From assembly GCF_006345805.1 (NCBI RefSeq), contig NC_043015.1:27714001-27778000 (forward strand): 64,000 nucleotides of DNA. The letters run 5' to 3'. The first letter of the stretch is position 1. Every line of letters begins with the position of its first letter. A program made the translations under genes and the position numbers. Origin of the DNA: Octopus sinensis. Its lineage: Eukaryota. Under the pieces are notes generated by a model. It saw nothing but the letters and a program-made list of their open reading frames with translations. It searched no databases and had not been told where the DNA came from. Positions 1 to 13,570 of the stretch are shown here, one piece after another.

Positions 1-59
1 ATCTAATACTTTCCTGATTATTCAGCCATGCCAAGGAGACAAACATTTTGTAACAATTA

Positions 60-560
60 TACTAGGCACTCTATGCCAATTTCCTTTATATTCCTCTTGA
101 TGCCTTCTGATACTATCCCCAAGGGCCGCCTACTTCAATTCTCATAGCTGAACTATTTTGTACTTAAGACAGTTGTATTTATCTATTTTTGCCTTCCGAC
201 TTGACTATTCATGAGTCAAAGGGACATGCAACATCAGCTGTATAGCACATGTGGTGCATCTTGTCAACCACCACTAGGTTCTGTCTGTTATGCTCTAGCA
301 CCTGATCTATTTGGATTGGGAAATCCCAGAGGATTTTGCTAGTCCGACTCCACCACTTTCTGCAGTTTGTGCTCATACCACATCTTGCCTCTCTCTAACT
401 CCCACTTTTCATACAGTTTTCCATGTAGCACTTTTGCTACCTTATCATGTCATCACAGATTGCAGTGGTTTTGGACAAGTCTAGGGCATTCATTTGAGAT
501 ATGGGCAATGGTTTCATTCACTCTATTACAGATACAGCACAGTGGAATTCGTGGCTTGTC
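60..560 (-). mobile_element. Degenerate 3' fragment of an R4/Dong-type (RLE endonuclease) LINE
   Basis: Minus-strand translation around 190-345 gives KILWDFPIQIDQVLEHNRQNLVVVDK...ADVACPFD, the RLE motif also seen in the better-preserved copies in this window. Confidence 0.6.
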
Positions 561-607
561 ATCATCATTATCATTATATGTTTTGGTTTAGCTTTAATTT
601 ATAAAAG

Positions 608-673
608 TTGCACCCAAGTCTCAACCAAAGACATCAAAGGACACCAAGGTTTTGCATCTGAAGATGCTAACAG
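608..673 (+). CDS. Weak candidate coding exon of the plus-strand host gene
   Basis: Strong donor CAG|GTGAGA at 673/674 but weak acceptor AAG at 607. Two frames are open (APKSQPKTSKDTKVLHLKMLT or CTQVSTKDIKGHQGFASEDAN). No homology recognised. Confidence 0.3.
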
Positions 674-1289
674 GTGAGATGTCATGCAATTGAAAAAATT
701 GATCTTTATGGTATCTGTGGAACAGAGAAAAACCCTTGAATGAGAAAGACTGCATTTATATAAAGAGGAATTTATGTAGAATGTGTGAGGCATCTATATG
801 TATGATCTTTTGTGATTCTCTTATTTTGGGTGTGTCAAGAATTTGGTCTATATATTTGGTTGCTTTTTTAGATATCATTCCAAGTGTCCCAATTATTATT
901 AGTATTATCATCATCATCATTATTATTAAGGCAGTGAGCTGGCAGAATCATTTGTGAGCCGGATGAAATGGTTAGCAGTATTTCGCTTCTCATTACTTCT
1001 GCTCATCAAGGGACATGCTCAAATAGTTATGATCAAACAACTGACAAGCAAATCTGTAGTACTCAGCAGAATATTATTATTTGTCTTTGTATAAAAGATC
1101 TGATAAAATTAGTATAGCAAAAGCTCTGACCTCTTGAAGATTTTAAGTATCAAAAAATATGAAAAGTAGCCTTGAATATTATAATTATTATTATTATTTG
1201 ATGGACATAATGATTGTTATTGTTATTGTTTTACTTCTTGTTTGCTCTGGTAGATTCTGTGAGAATGAACAGCAGTCTGCTGTCAGAGG

Positions 1290-2370
1290 TCTCTCACAGG
1301 GTCTCTTTCCATACATTATAAGCTTTGATACTTGTTTGTTAATTATCATGGGAGACAGTCAACAAACAAGTATCAATCTCGAAATCATAGCTGTCCCAAC
1401 CAGAACAGCTTTTTGGGGCTTGCTCTGCTCTCATGTCAATTCCAACTACTCTGACATATTTCTTGAACTTGGTTGTTAGTGCTCCAAGTGCCCCTACAAC
1501 TACTGGAATGACAGACACTCTCCTCATAGTCCACATTCTTGCAATCTTGTCTTTTAGTAGACTGTACTTTGCAATCTAGTTCTTTGTCATCTATGTCTGC
1601 ATCCCCAAGTATTGCAATATCTATAATCTTAGTTTCCTTTTTACCTTTATCTACCACAACAATATCTGGCTTCTGAGCCTCGATTAGGGAGTCACATTGG
1701 ATTGTAAAATCCCACAGTATATTACATTCCTTGTTCTTGGTGAGTCCTTCTGGTTCATGTTCGTACCATTTCTGTGCTGTTCAGGCCATACTTTTCACAT
1801 GGATGAACTTAACCACATTATTGTGCCTCCTTTTGTAGTCTTTTAGACTAGCTTCCTACACTCATTCACAATATGTAAGATTGTTTCATTTCTGCTGGCA
1901 CACATCCTACAAAGGGGTGATTTGCTACTCTTATCTATTTGGAACTTGGTGTAATTAGTTCTCAGAGCTTGTTTCTGGGCACTGCACATCAATGCCTCAG
2001 TGCATCCTTTCAGATCAGTTTTTCTTAGCCATCTCCAAATGTTGATCTTGTCTTTTCCCTCAATTTCTCTGAGATATTTCCCATGCAGTGATTTCATTTA
2101 CCAATTGTTTACTCTTACTTCATCTTGTTTCTTAAATGTTTGTGGCTGCATCACATTTTTTATAGGTATTGTATTGTTAATTCTAACAGTGACAAGTAAA
2201 GATTCACTTTGTTGTTTGACAATACATTGACAACGCAGATCCTATGAGGCCTCTTTCTCCCTTGTTCCAAGGCACATACAGCCTGTCAATATTGCTTTAG
2301 GGGCATTGTTACTTGTAAATTGTCATCGTTTTTCTGGTTTTCCCATCCATTTCCTCAAGCTCATTCTTTG
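1290..2370 (-). mobile_element. 5'-truncated R4/Dong-type LINE (CCHC knuckle + RLE domain)
   Basis: ORFs 1843-2097 (LCRMCASRNETILHIVNEC) and 1436-1657 (KIIDIAILGD). Flanked by (ATT)n tracts. Confidence 0.85.
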
Positions 2371-2385
2371 TGCACCTAACAGCGA

Positions 2386-2448
<63 letters not shown>

Positions 2449-2540
2449 CATCATCATTATTATTATCATCATCATTATTATTATCATTATTATTATTATT
2501 ATTATCATCATCACTATTATTATCATCATCATTATTATTA

Positions 2541-2580
<40 letters not shown>
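2386..2580. repeat. (ATT)n/(ATC)n microsatellite
   Basis: Direct reading of the sequence. Confidence 0.97.
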
Positions 2581-2581
<1 letters not shown>

Positions 2582-3535
2582 GCTTTTGCACAGCTTCTAA
2601 TCTTGGAGATGTACTACGGTGTCAGCTGTTCACTACCAGTGAACTAAAGTAACACTCCTTATTTTGAGCACCATCTAGAGTATTTGAGCAGTTCCAAGCA
2701 GTGCTGTTTTCTGCAAATGCTCCACCCTTGTTGCAGTCCCTATTTGTTCCATGTACTTCCCAAGATTTTTACTCACTATTCTCAGGGTTCCGACAATTAT
2801 TGGTACTACTACCACCTTTTTCAGCAACCACAACTGCTTAAACTCCCAAGCTAACTTGTTATATCTATTGACTTTTCTTTCTTCCTTATCACATACCTTG
2901 TTGTCAAGCTGGGCATGCTATACCTATGATCCAGCATTGTTTACTTTCTTTTCAATTAGGACTATGTCTGGTTTCCTATTCTCTATCTCATGGTCACACT
3001 GAATCATAAAATCCCATAGGATCTTTGCATTATCATTTTCGATGATGCCTTCAAGTTTATGCTTGTACCACTTTTTTGCTCCGTCAAGTCCATACTTGTT
3101 GCAAGTGTCCAATGGACAATCCTTGCTATATTGTCATGACATCTCTTATATTCTTTCTGGGCTAGTGGCACACATTGACTGGTAATATGCCATTTCTGCA
3201 CTTATCACTTTCTGATGTGTTGTCTATTCTGTATTTGATGTAATTTGTTCTTTGTGCTTGTTCTTGGGCAGCACAGATTAAATCACTTTTAGTCATCCAT
3301 AGACATCTTTTTTCTCTATCTGTCTTATTGTCAACATCCTTATGAAATTGTCCATGCATTCTTTACTTTATCCACCTATTTTCAGTTTCATTCATTCTCA
3401 AGTCCTTGTAATGTGCTTTATCTTTACAATCTTCCATCCTACACAAGCCCGATGGCATTTTTTTACAGACCATGCTATGTTGTTTACTTCTGTGCTAATG
3501 CTGTGTTCGTATCCAATCAGTCCTCTTGAGTGCAT
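2581..3535 (-). mobile_element. 5'-truncated R4/Dong-type LINE
   Basis: ORF pieces MHGQFH...AAQEQA, HDNIARIVHW and KILWDFMIQCDHEIENRKPDIV. The 3' UTR ends directly in (AAT)n. Confidence 0.88.
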
Positions 3536-3554
3536 TATTATTATTATCATTATT

Positions 3555-4080
3555 GAGTGAGAGAGAAGTGCATGCCATCAAAGTGACACTGGGATAAAAT
3601 ACATAAAGCCCAGTATACCCATCATGACCACCCGTCTGATAAGGGTACACCAGTCACATGCATCACAACCATATGTGCGTGACATGGAGATCTCATATCA
3701 AGATTAACAGTGCATGACCAGTTAGAATTTTGTTCAGGTCGAGTCACACATTCCATTCAAAAGGTCCATGAATAAGGGTTGTTTAAGAATATTGAACCCA
3801 TGTTTCAAGAGGTGAATTATCCAAACACCAAAGAATTTTCCCCAACAAATGGCTATAATACTTCCTCACTACTTCTGCTTGTGATCAGAGATGCACATAT
3901 CGTCAGCCACTAAGGGACATACTCAACTGGTTATGGTCAAATAACTGACAAGCAAATCTGTGGTATTGAACAGAATATTTACTGTAGCCCATCTTTTATA
4001 CCAAGACAAAGCAATGTACATGATAACACTTCCAATCAGTTACGATCAGAAGCCACGAGAGCTTCTGCCTGGCACTGCAC
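3555..4080 (-). mobile_element. ~0.53-kb non-coding interspersed element in a (TAA)n tract, copy 1
   Basis: Homologous to 4150-4589, 4677-4895 and fragments at ~985-1075 and ~9248-9330. All copies are bounded by TTA repeats. Strand is assigned only by analogy to the Dong 3' ends. Confidence 0.75.
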
Positions 4081-4102
4081 ACTATTGTTGTTATTGTTGT
4101 TG

Positions 4103-4140
<38 letters not shown>

Positions 4141-4149
4141 GTTGTTGTT

Positions 4150-4585
4150 GAGTGAGAGAGAAGTGCATGCCATCAAAGTAACACTGGGGTAAAATATACG
4201 AAACCCCGTATACCCATCATGACTACCCGTCTGATAAGGGTACACTAGGCACATGCATCACAACCATATGTGCGCGACATGGTTATCTCATAACAAGATA
4301 AAGAGCACATGACCTTGTAGGTGGGGGCCCAGTTAGAATTTTCTTCTGGTTGAGTAACCCATCCCGCTCAAAAGGTCCCTGAATAAGGGTTGTTTAAGGA
4401 TGTTGAACGAAACACCGATGTTTCCAGAGGTGAATTATTCAAATCTCAAAGAGTCCCTCACAACACATGGCTATGATACTCCCCCACTACTTCTGCTCGT
4501 GATCAGAGATGCACATATTGTCAGACATGCTCAACTGGTTAAAGTCAAACAACTGACAAGCAAATCTGTGGTATTGTAGCCCATC

Positions 4586-4589
<4 letters not shown>
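4150..4589 (-). mobile_element. ~0.53-kb (TAA)n-associated element, copy 2 (truncated)
   Basis: Starts with the same GAGTGAGAGAG(A/C)AGTGCATGCCATCAAAG terminus as copies 1 and 3. Confidence 0.75.
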
Positions 4590-4649
<60 letters not shown>

Positions 4650-4676
4650 GTTATCACTATTATTATTATTATTATT

Positions 4677-4895
4677 GAGTGAGAGAGCAGTGCATGCCAT
4701 CAAAGTGACACTGGGGTAAAATATACGAAGCCCAGTATACCCATAAACAACTGACAAGCAAATCTGTGGTATTGAGCAGAATATTTGCTGTAGCCCATCT
4801 TTTATACCAAGAAAAACAATGTACATGATAACACTTCCAATCAGTTAAGATCAGAAGCCATGAGAACCACTGCCTGGTACTGCATCAGGGCATTT
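4677..4895 (-). mobile_element. ~0.53-kb (TAA)n-associated element, copy 3 (internally deleted)
   Basis: Both termini are present. The middle is missing between CCCAGTATACCCA and AAACAACTGACAAGC. Confidence 0.75.
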
Positions 4896-4969
4896 ATTAT
4901 TATTATTATTATTATTGTCATTATTATTATCACTATTATTATTATTATTATTGTCATCACTATTATTAT

Positions 4970-5690
4970 ATGAAAACTCGCAGCTTATTTTGCTGGGTAT
5001 GATGGAAAGTGTCAGCTGTCCACAGTCAACAGACTAAGGTGACACTTGTTTACTGGTCATACTTCAAGAACCCCGCAAAGAATTCTTGCAGTTCCAAGCA
5101 ATGCTGATTTTTGTAGGTGTTCTACCTTCTCAATTGCACCAATCTTTTTCAGCCATGTTGGTAGTTGAGTGCTGATACTTCCAAGTGCACCAATTACTAC
5201 TCTCTTCATTGACCACAAACTTTGTATTTCCCACTTTGATTCGTCATATTTGTTTATTTTTTCTTGTTCTTTTACATTGATCCTGTTGTCACCAGGACAT
5301 GCTATGTCAATAATTATATATGTTCTTTCTTTTTTATTCACCACAACAATGTCCAGTTTCCTATTTCTGGTCAGATGATCACACCGAATCATTGCATTCC
5401 ACAGGATTTTGCAGTTCTCATTTTTGATGACTCCTTCTGGGGTTTTCTCATACCACATCTTTACTCTTTGTAGGCCGTGATTTCCACAGAGCTACCAATA
5501 GATCATTCTTGCCACATTGTCATGGCATCATTTGTATTTGCATAGTGCCAATTTCGGGCATTCACTAATGATGTACCATGCTGTTTCACCCCTCTTACCA
5601 CACATTCTGCATTTGTCGCTATTGGCAATGTTGTCAATTCTACACTTTATATAATTGGTCCTTAACACTTGTTCCTAAGCTGCACATATC
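4970..5690 (-). mobile_element. 5'-truncated R4/Dong-type LINE (RLE domain)
   Basis: ORF 5057-5458: KILWNAMIRCDHL...IIIDIACPGD...SALLGTARIL. Confidence 0.88.
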
Positions 5691-5781
5691 ACTATTATTA
5701 TTATTATATATTATTATTGTTATTATTATCATCATCATCATCATCATCATCATCATTATTATTATTATTATTATTATTATA

Positions 5782-5827
<46 letters not shown>

Positions 5828-5829
<2 letters not shown>

Positions 5830-6035
5830 GGCGAGCAGGCAGAATTGTTAGTATGCCAGATGAAATGCTTAATGGTATTTTGCCTGCCACTACGATCTGA
5901 GTTCAAATTCTGCCAACATTGACTTTACCATTCATCCTTTCAGGGTCAATAAATTAAATACCATTCAAGTACTGGGGTCGATGTGATTGACTATTCACCC
6001 CACTCAAATTCCAGGCTTGTGCAGAAAGGATGATT
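5828..6035 (+). mobile_element. tRNA-derived SINE, family B (GGCGAGC.GGCAGAA head; CCTTTCATCCTTTCGGGGTCGATAAA-like core)
   Basis: Homologous to 21012-21245 and 26990-27225. Confidence 0.7.
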
Positions 6036-6059
6036 ATTATTATTAATCAAATTATTATT

Positions 6060-9000
6060 ACTAATCAAAAGTACTCAACAGATTAGACTGTTGGAAAAGA
6101 AAAGAATCCTAACATCATGCTACAAGTAGTCTTAGATGCCAAGAACCCTCCTATTGGGCTACAGCAAGTAACCTTAAATGCCAGGAACCCTTCTTAGTAT
6201 CCTAGCTGTCCCTAATAACACTGTTTTCTGCAGCTGTACTAAACTGGGTTTTATGCCTAATTCCTCTTTCCGTCTGTTCAAATTTTTAGGGATAGTTCCC
6301 AATGCACTGGGATACATTTTACCCACACTTTCCATAGTCTCTGTAATATGTAGGTCCTGATATTTTGCTATTTTTTTCTATACTTCTCATATTAATATTT
6401 TTATCTGGCACTTTTATTCTTCTTATCTACTACTACTAAATCAGGCCTCCTAGCTTCTATTACTTTGTCAGTCTGAATGTTAAAGTCTCACATCATCTTG
6501 TATTTCTTACTTTCTAGTTCTTTACTAGGTTCATGTTCATTCTTATTATCAGTATGTTCAAATCCTAGCTTTCTACATGACTTCCAGTGAATTGCTCTCC
6601 TTAGATTGTCATGTCTTTTCTTGTATTCTTCTTGTGCCAGCATGCTATATTTACCTACTATATGAGTAATACTTTCCTCTTTTGATTTGCATAATCTACA
6701 ATGGGAATTCACTTGGTTTTTGTCTATCTTAGCTTTTATCCAATTAGTCCTTGATGCTTGATCTTGTGCAGCCACTAACAAACTTTCTGTCTCCCTTTTC
6801 AGCTTTCCTTTCTGCAACCGTAACCATGTCACAGTACTATTATTTGTTGCAACTATCTTTGGAAATCTACCATGCAACACCTTCTCCTACCAGTCAGATA
6901 ATTTCTGTTCTTTTTTCTGATTTATAAGTTCATTTGGTGTTTTGCTTCCCCTATGTCTTGCTGTGACTCTAGCAGCTTTTAATAAACTTTCTTCATAGAA
7001 TTCTATATCTACTCTGTCTAACTCTATGCAGTCTTCTACTGATATTAACCCTCTTCCACCTTCCTTTCTAGGTAAGTATAATCTTGCTACTTCTGCCTTT
7101 AGGTGGAGTCGTCCAGTCATATTGAATATTAGCTTTGCTAATTTAGTTTTTGTCCAACATTCAAAAGCTGTTGAGTATCTAAGTAATGATATTGCCCAAG
7201 TATTTACAGCCTTCACTAGATTTGTACCATTTAGCTTTGACTTCATTAGCTTCCTCACTTTTCTGATGTACTCCTCAATTTTTCTTTTCATTTCTGTAGT
7301 TAGATTCTAATACTCCTAGATACTTATAACTCTCTCCTCCTTTCTATGATTTTAATTTTTGGCTATCTGGTAATTTTATGCCTTCGCTGTTGACTACCTG
7401 TCCCCTTCTCATGACTAATATTGCACATTTATCTATCCCAAATTCTATGCCTGTATCTCTGCTGAAGAGTCTTACAGTCTGTATTACAGAATCTATCTCT
7501 TTTTCATTCTTACTAAAAAGCTTCAGATCATCCATGTAGAGCAAATGGTTAATTTTTCTATTACCATTTTTGAACTGATACCCTGCCTTTGCCTTCCTTA
7601 ATACTAAACTGAGGGGGATCAAACATAAGACAAATTTTAAAGAGAGCAACGAGTCCCCCTGAAAAATTCCTTTTTTGATATCAACTTTTCCTAAGAGTGC
7701 GTCACCTGAGTAGAGATCTACTTTCCATTTCTTCATAATAAACCTAATTAATTCTCTTACATTGTCTGCTATACTGAATATACTCAAGCATTCACTTATC
7801 CATGAGTGTGGGATCATGTCATAGGCTTTCCTATAACATATCCAAGCTATTATTATATTTTTCTTTCTACCTCATTTAGAACTGTTTTGTAACCTCCTTC
7901 CCTCAAAATTCCAGTGCCTCTACTAGAAAGGATTATTACTATTACCACTATCTTTATTATTTTGGTTTGGCTGAGGTTCAGCCTTATTCTTGGCAGGATT
8001 TATATGGGTTGCAGGTTACTATCTTTTACCTTAGGTATACACAAGTTTTCAGCAGTCTTTCAAATGCTTAGAACCCTCCTGATAATCCTTGCTGTTGCTA
8101 AGTGACAAACTTTCTGTAGGAACTCTACTGGTTATTCTATTCCAGTCTCTTTCAGTCATTTGTCTATACCTTTACTTACTGTCCCCAATACACCAATTAT
8201 TATAGGCACAACCTTTAGCATTTTCATGCTCCAAATTCTTCCTATTTCAGATTTTAAGGGATTGTATTTCTTTTTATTAATGTTATTATTATTGTTCTAT
8301 ATATAATAGATTATCTGTTCCTCTAGCATTTCTGCAACCTTTCTGCTCTTCTGGTAGTAAATTCTGGTTGTTAAAGTACTCGTAAATGCTTTCTGAAAGC
8401 ATGCCTTTAACAGCTTCCACATTAATGGTAAGCAAGCGATTGGTTTGTAGTTGCTAGCTGCATTACTCTTGCTCTTATCTTTAATAATGTGTATTGTCCT
8501 CTCTCTAGTCATCCAATCTGGTATTATTTCTCCATTAAGGCAATCCTGAAGTTGTTCCCTCAGCCTCCAATATAAGCTACTGAATCTCTTTAGCCAGTAC
8601 TCTTGAATTAATTCTGGTCCTGGGCCTTTCCAATTCAGCATTTTTCATAACACTGTTTCTCACTCACTACTTCTTCCCTCACTTTCTTTAACCATACTGC
8701 ATCTCCAATATTGCTCCAGAACTTTCTAGCTTCCTCTGCATTAGGTTTCTCATCTTCAATATTTCATTCTCCACTATTTATTTGGTTATAAAATCCCCTC
8801 AGGTCTGTCTCTACTAATCTATTCAGTTGATAATGATCTATTTTTTCTGATATGTGAAGTGCTTCCCTGAAACTGCTATGATATGCTGTTTCAACTCTTC
8901 TATTACTGTCCCAAATCTTTTCTCTTTGACTAAGTATCTTTTCTCAATGCAAGATTTGCAACTTGTGTTTCCTAACTTGTTCAGTTTCCAGGCTCCATTC

Positions 9001-9250
9001 TACTCTTAAACTCTTCACTTGATTTTGTATTTTCCTTTTCCACATTTTCGCATTTTTAATCTTTCCCTGTGAGATATTTAATCTTCTGGTGACTACTACC
9101 ACTCCTGAATAGATCAATAAGTTAGTGCCTTCTATATTTTTAGTATCTGTCCTCCTGGTAACAGAATCTACTTTCTTAGTCATTTCTTGCAGATTCCTTT
9201 TGTTTGTGTCTTTTAATGCTGGTAATCTTTTTCTTTCTTCTTTACTCAGT
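6060..9250 (-). mobile_element. ~3.2-kb decayed R4/Dong-type LINE interrupted by a nested fragment at ~7905-8285
   Basis: RT motifs KKGIFQGDSL and HLLYMDDLKLF (7344-7817), knuckle HCRLCKSKEESITHIV, and N-terminal part LNWKGPGPELIQEYWLK (8297-8641). The reading RGTDNLLYI / KTVL...AYDMIPHSW resumes across the insert. Confidence 0.85.
7905..8285 (-). mobile_element. 3' fragment of a second Dong-type LINE nested inside the RT region of the first
   Basis: Minus strand encodes an RLE C-terminus (VVPIIIGVLGT...ATARIIRRVLSI*) plus 3' UTR. Confidence 0.7.
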
Positions 9251-10079
9251 TAAGATCAGCAGCCATGAGAGCCACTGCTTGGTACTGCATCAGGGTTTGA
9301 GAGTCACTGCTTAGTACTGCATCAGGGCTATTATTATTATTACTATTATTATTATTATTATTATCATTATTATTATTATTATTATTATTATTGTAAGAAA
9401 AACTTTTATCACAAAACTGGTGAGCAAGATTTAAAGCTGCAACATATGGACTAAGTTGATAGTGTGCTGAACTATCAACAGAAAGGTTAATGGTTCATAT
9501 CTCATAATTGATATGACAATGTGTTCTAAGTATAATCAACACAACTGTTGCATATCAATGAACAAACTTCTATTTATGTGGTTTCTTGATCTACTGAAAA
9601 TGACTGCCAAATCTCCTTCAAATCATGCGTATTGTCTTAAATAAGAAAAGTGTACATTAGATAAAGTATTTCTTGATAACTTTCTAGAATACCTGTGATC
9701 ATGGGCCATCTCAGTCACTATTGATTTGGAACTAAACAGCATCAAAAATAACAGCAACACTTTAATTAACAATTATCGTGGGTTATCTAGCTGCCAACAA
9801 GTGCTAGTGCCATGAATTATACAACTCACTGCTGTAGGCAGAAGATTCATTGAAGAATCAGTTAAGTATTTCATTAGCTTGCCAGACTGCTTTTCATATT
9901 TTCTGATAAATAAAGGCTTCAAGAGGACTTAGCTTTTGCTATACTAATTTTACTCAGATCTTTTGCACAAAGACAAACCTTCAAAGGATTAAGCAACAAG
10001 GAAGTGCCACAATGGCCCTGTGACACCCTATGTCACAATGAAATATGGAATTCAAATGTTCTGATGCATTCAGTGTCCC

Positions 10080-11420
10080 AGGCACTCTTCTTTTTGTCAT
10101 CTTCATTGTGTTTCACTCTACAAACTCTCAAGACACAGCTGTAGAAGCTGGGACATTTAAGGGGCATCCCTTTAGAACTAGGAGAGCAATGATGACATCA
10201 CCATCATGATGTTGAATGCCACTGAAGTTGAAACAGTTATCACCACTTTAAAGGAATATGAATTGGTTGCAGGGACTAAAATCAGAGCCTGAAATGGAGA
10301 GGCTAGTTGAGACTGTGCAGATGTGCAGCAAGGATATAGGGATGGAATTCAGTATTTCAAAGTGTGTGGTGCTCACTTTGAAACAGGAAAAAAGAGCAGA
10401 TTGTAGGGGCATAGAATTGTCAAACAGAGAGAGAATAGAAGACCCAGGTGATGATAGTTACAAGTACCTTGGGATCTTGGAACTGGACAATATCTTGCAC
10501 AGAGAAATGAAAGACAAGGCCATCACTGCATATTTCAAGCACCGCAAACGTCTCTTGAAATCAAAACTCAACTCAAGGAACCTTGTGACTGCCATCAACA
10601 TATGGGCTGTTGCTGTAGTCTGCTATAGTGCACCCATCTTGAAATGGACACAGGCAGAGATTAACCAACTTGGTCCCACTACCTGAGAGACAATGACAAT
10701 GCATGGTGTAAATGGATATATTTACTCAGTGTAAATGGATATATACCACATAGGTGCAACGAATCTCTGCAGAATGTGTGGGATGAGGGCCGAAACTATG
10801 ACTCACATTGTTAGTGTTTGTGAAAGTCTTGCACAGAAAGAGTACAAACATAGACATGACAAGGTAGCCCCAAACCATCACTGGCTAGTATGCTGGAAGT
10901 ATAGATATGAGGTAATGGGTGCTTGGTACCAACATACACCGGAAAAGGTAATGGACGAAAATAGGAAAGCAAAAGTCCTCTGAGACTTTGACTTCCAGAC
11001 AGACAAGGGATTACAACACTGAAGGCCGGATATAGTAACCTTTAGAATGGACAAACAAGAGTGCCTAATAATCAACGTGGCAGTACCAGGAGATCAACAT
11101 ATTATCATGAAAGAAAGAGAAAAGATTGATACATATGGAGACCTGAGAACTGAGATTGCTAAGATATGGCAGCTACGAGAGTCAAACATAAGGGTTGTCC
11201 CTATTGTCATCGGAGCATTGGGTTCAATAACACCCAACCTGAAAAAACATCTGGAAACTTTAGAAATACCTTACAATCTAGGTGTATTGCAAAAATCAGC
11301 ATTAGTTGGAACTGCACACATATTGCATAAAGTAGTCTGAGGTCCTTATTGTGACTTGACAGACAATACAAACCCCTGGTACACACAATATCTTCAATCA
11401 GCAACATCACAATATTAGAT
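10080..11420 (+). mobile_element. Internally deleted R4/Dong-type LINE
   Basis: ORFs 10258-10686 (post-RT, YKYLGILE), 10735-10983 (LCRMCG...HRHDKV) and 11047-11340 (LIINVAVPGD...SALVGTAHILHKVV). Confidence 0.85.
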
Positions 11421-11509
11421 ACAGTGCAGCATCTTAAATGGTGGTGGTGGTGGTTGTGGCGGCAGTTACGGCGGTGGTGGTGGTGGTGGTGGTGGTGGTG
11501 GTGGTGGTC

Positions 11510-12205
11510 GAACAAATTACATAAAATACAAGATAAATAACACATCAGAAAGTGATAAGTGCAGAATCTGTGGACAAAACGATGAAACTGTATGGCATAT
11601 TACCAGTCAATGTATGCTTCTAGCCCAGAAAGAATATAAGAGATGCCATGACAATATAGCAAGACTTGTCCATTGGACACTTTGCAAGAAGTATGGACTT
11701 GACAGAGTAAAAAATTGGTACTACCATAAACCTGAAGGCATCATCAAAAATGATAATGCAAAGATCCTATGGGATTTTATGATTCAGTGCGACCATGCGA
11801 TAGAGAATAGGAAGCCAGACATAGTCTTGATTCAGAAAGAAAGCAAACTATACTGTATTATAGATATAGCATGCCCAGCTGACAAGTTATGCGATAAGGA
11901 TGAAAGAAAAGTCAAGAGAGATGACAGGTTAGCTTGGGAGGTTAAGCAGTTATAGCCGATGAAAAAGGTGGTAGTAGTGCTAATAATTGTTGGAGTCCTG
12001 GGAACAGTGAGGAAAAATTTTTAGAAGTACATGGAACAAATAGGGACTGCAACAAGGGTGGAGCATTTGCAGAAAACAGCACCACTCGAATACTCTGGAA
12101 GGTGCTTGAAAAATTAGAGGTCTTACCTTAGTTCACTGGTAATGAACAGCTGACACCATAGTACATCTCCAGTGTTAGAATCTGTGCAAAAGCAATAATA
12201 ATAAT
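11510..12205 (+). mobile_element. 5'-truncated R4/Dong-type LINE, same subfamily as 2581-3535 and 33280-36075
   Basis: ORF 11614-11955. Shared 3' UTR GTGAACAGCTGACACC.TAGTACATCTCC...GCAAAAGC(AAT)n. Confidence 0.88.
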
Positions 12206-12214
12206 AATTTAAGA

Positions 12215-13570
12215 TAGAATTCAGACTCAAGAAGTGTGGTACAATGATCCTGAAAAGAGGCAAGGTACAGAACCTAGCAGTGAAATAATTACCAAATAGA
12301 GAAGTGAAGAAGCAAATTGCAAAGGAAGGCTATAAATCCCTTGGCATACTAGAGTTCAAAGAAATAATGGAGAAGGAAATGAAAGAACAGCTTAGGAAAG
12401 AGTATTTCTGAAGACTAAGATTGGCGTTGTGCATCACTTTGGTATGAAGCTGGTATCACAAAGTGACAAAAGAAAGAACTCGTGAGCATGGATATGAAGA
12501 CAAGGAAAATACTAACAGTGTACAGAGCATTCTATCCCAAGAGTGACACTGGTAGGTTGTACTTGTCCAGAAGAAAAAAGTGGAAGAGATTTGATCAGTT
12601 GCTAGCATTGTGTAGAAGCAGAGGAAAACAGGTTGTGATGGTGTGTAAAAAAATATCATGGAACCATTGCAGAAGCATGTGCAGAAGTCCAGCATCATCA
12701 AAATTGATAATAGTGTAAAGGAAAAAATAACTTTAAGAGGAGAAGAACTCAAAAGAAAAAAAAAACGAAATAGCGTAGGAAGTAAAAAAATGTATGGTCA
12801 GTTTGAAAGAGATACGAACACCAAGACAGATACAGAAAACCAGAAGGATGGGGAGGAGTGATCTGAAGACACAGACAGAAGCATTTATATGCACAGCATG
12901 ACAACAAGTGTTAAGGACTATGTGAACTACTAACAATAATAAATGCAGAATGTGTGGTGAGAGGAGTGAAGCAGTAGGGCACATTGTTAGTGAATGTCTG
13001 AAATTGGCATAACATGAATACAAAAGACAACATTGGGAGCTCAGTGAAAATCAAGGCTTACAAAGAGCAAAGACGTAGTATGGCTAAACCCCAGGAGTTA
13101 CTGAGAATGAAGTCTGCATAACTTTGTGCAATGCAATCAATGATACAGTGTGACCATCTGGTGAAACAGTGGAAACCTGACGTTGTGGTGAACAAAAGAG
13201 AAAAACTTGCATGATAATCAACATAGCATGTCCAGGTGACAGTAGAAACAAAGAGAAATAAGAAGAAAAAGTAAGCAACTACGATGAATTGAAGTGGGAA
13301 ATGTGCAAGTTGTGGGCAATGAAGAGAGTAGATGTTATACCAGTAGTGATTGGCATGCTTAGAAGTATCAGTACTCAACTTGCAACATGGCTCAAAAAGA
13401 TTGGTGCAATTGTGAAAGTAGAACACCTACAAAAATCTACACTGTTTGGAACTGCATGAGACTCTGCAGGGTTCTTGAAGAATAATCAGTGAACCAGTCA
13501 CTTTAGCTTGCTGGCTGTGTGCAGCTGACACTTCTACCTAGCAAAATAAGCTGAGAGTTTCATCAAAAAG
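12215..13570 (+). mobile_element. Decayed R4/Dong-type LINE 3' half
   Basis: Frameshifted pieces FYPKSDTGRLYLSR, KCRMCGERSEAVGHIV, KPDVVV and INIACPGD. Confidence 0.75.

Noticed and set aside
2306-2647. Long poly-Ile/Leu/His/Tyr/Cys-Val ORFs here and throughout the ORF track
   Set aside because: They are translations of (ATT)n, (CA)n, (TA)n, (ATGT)n and (CT)n microsatellites with no splice or homology support.
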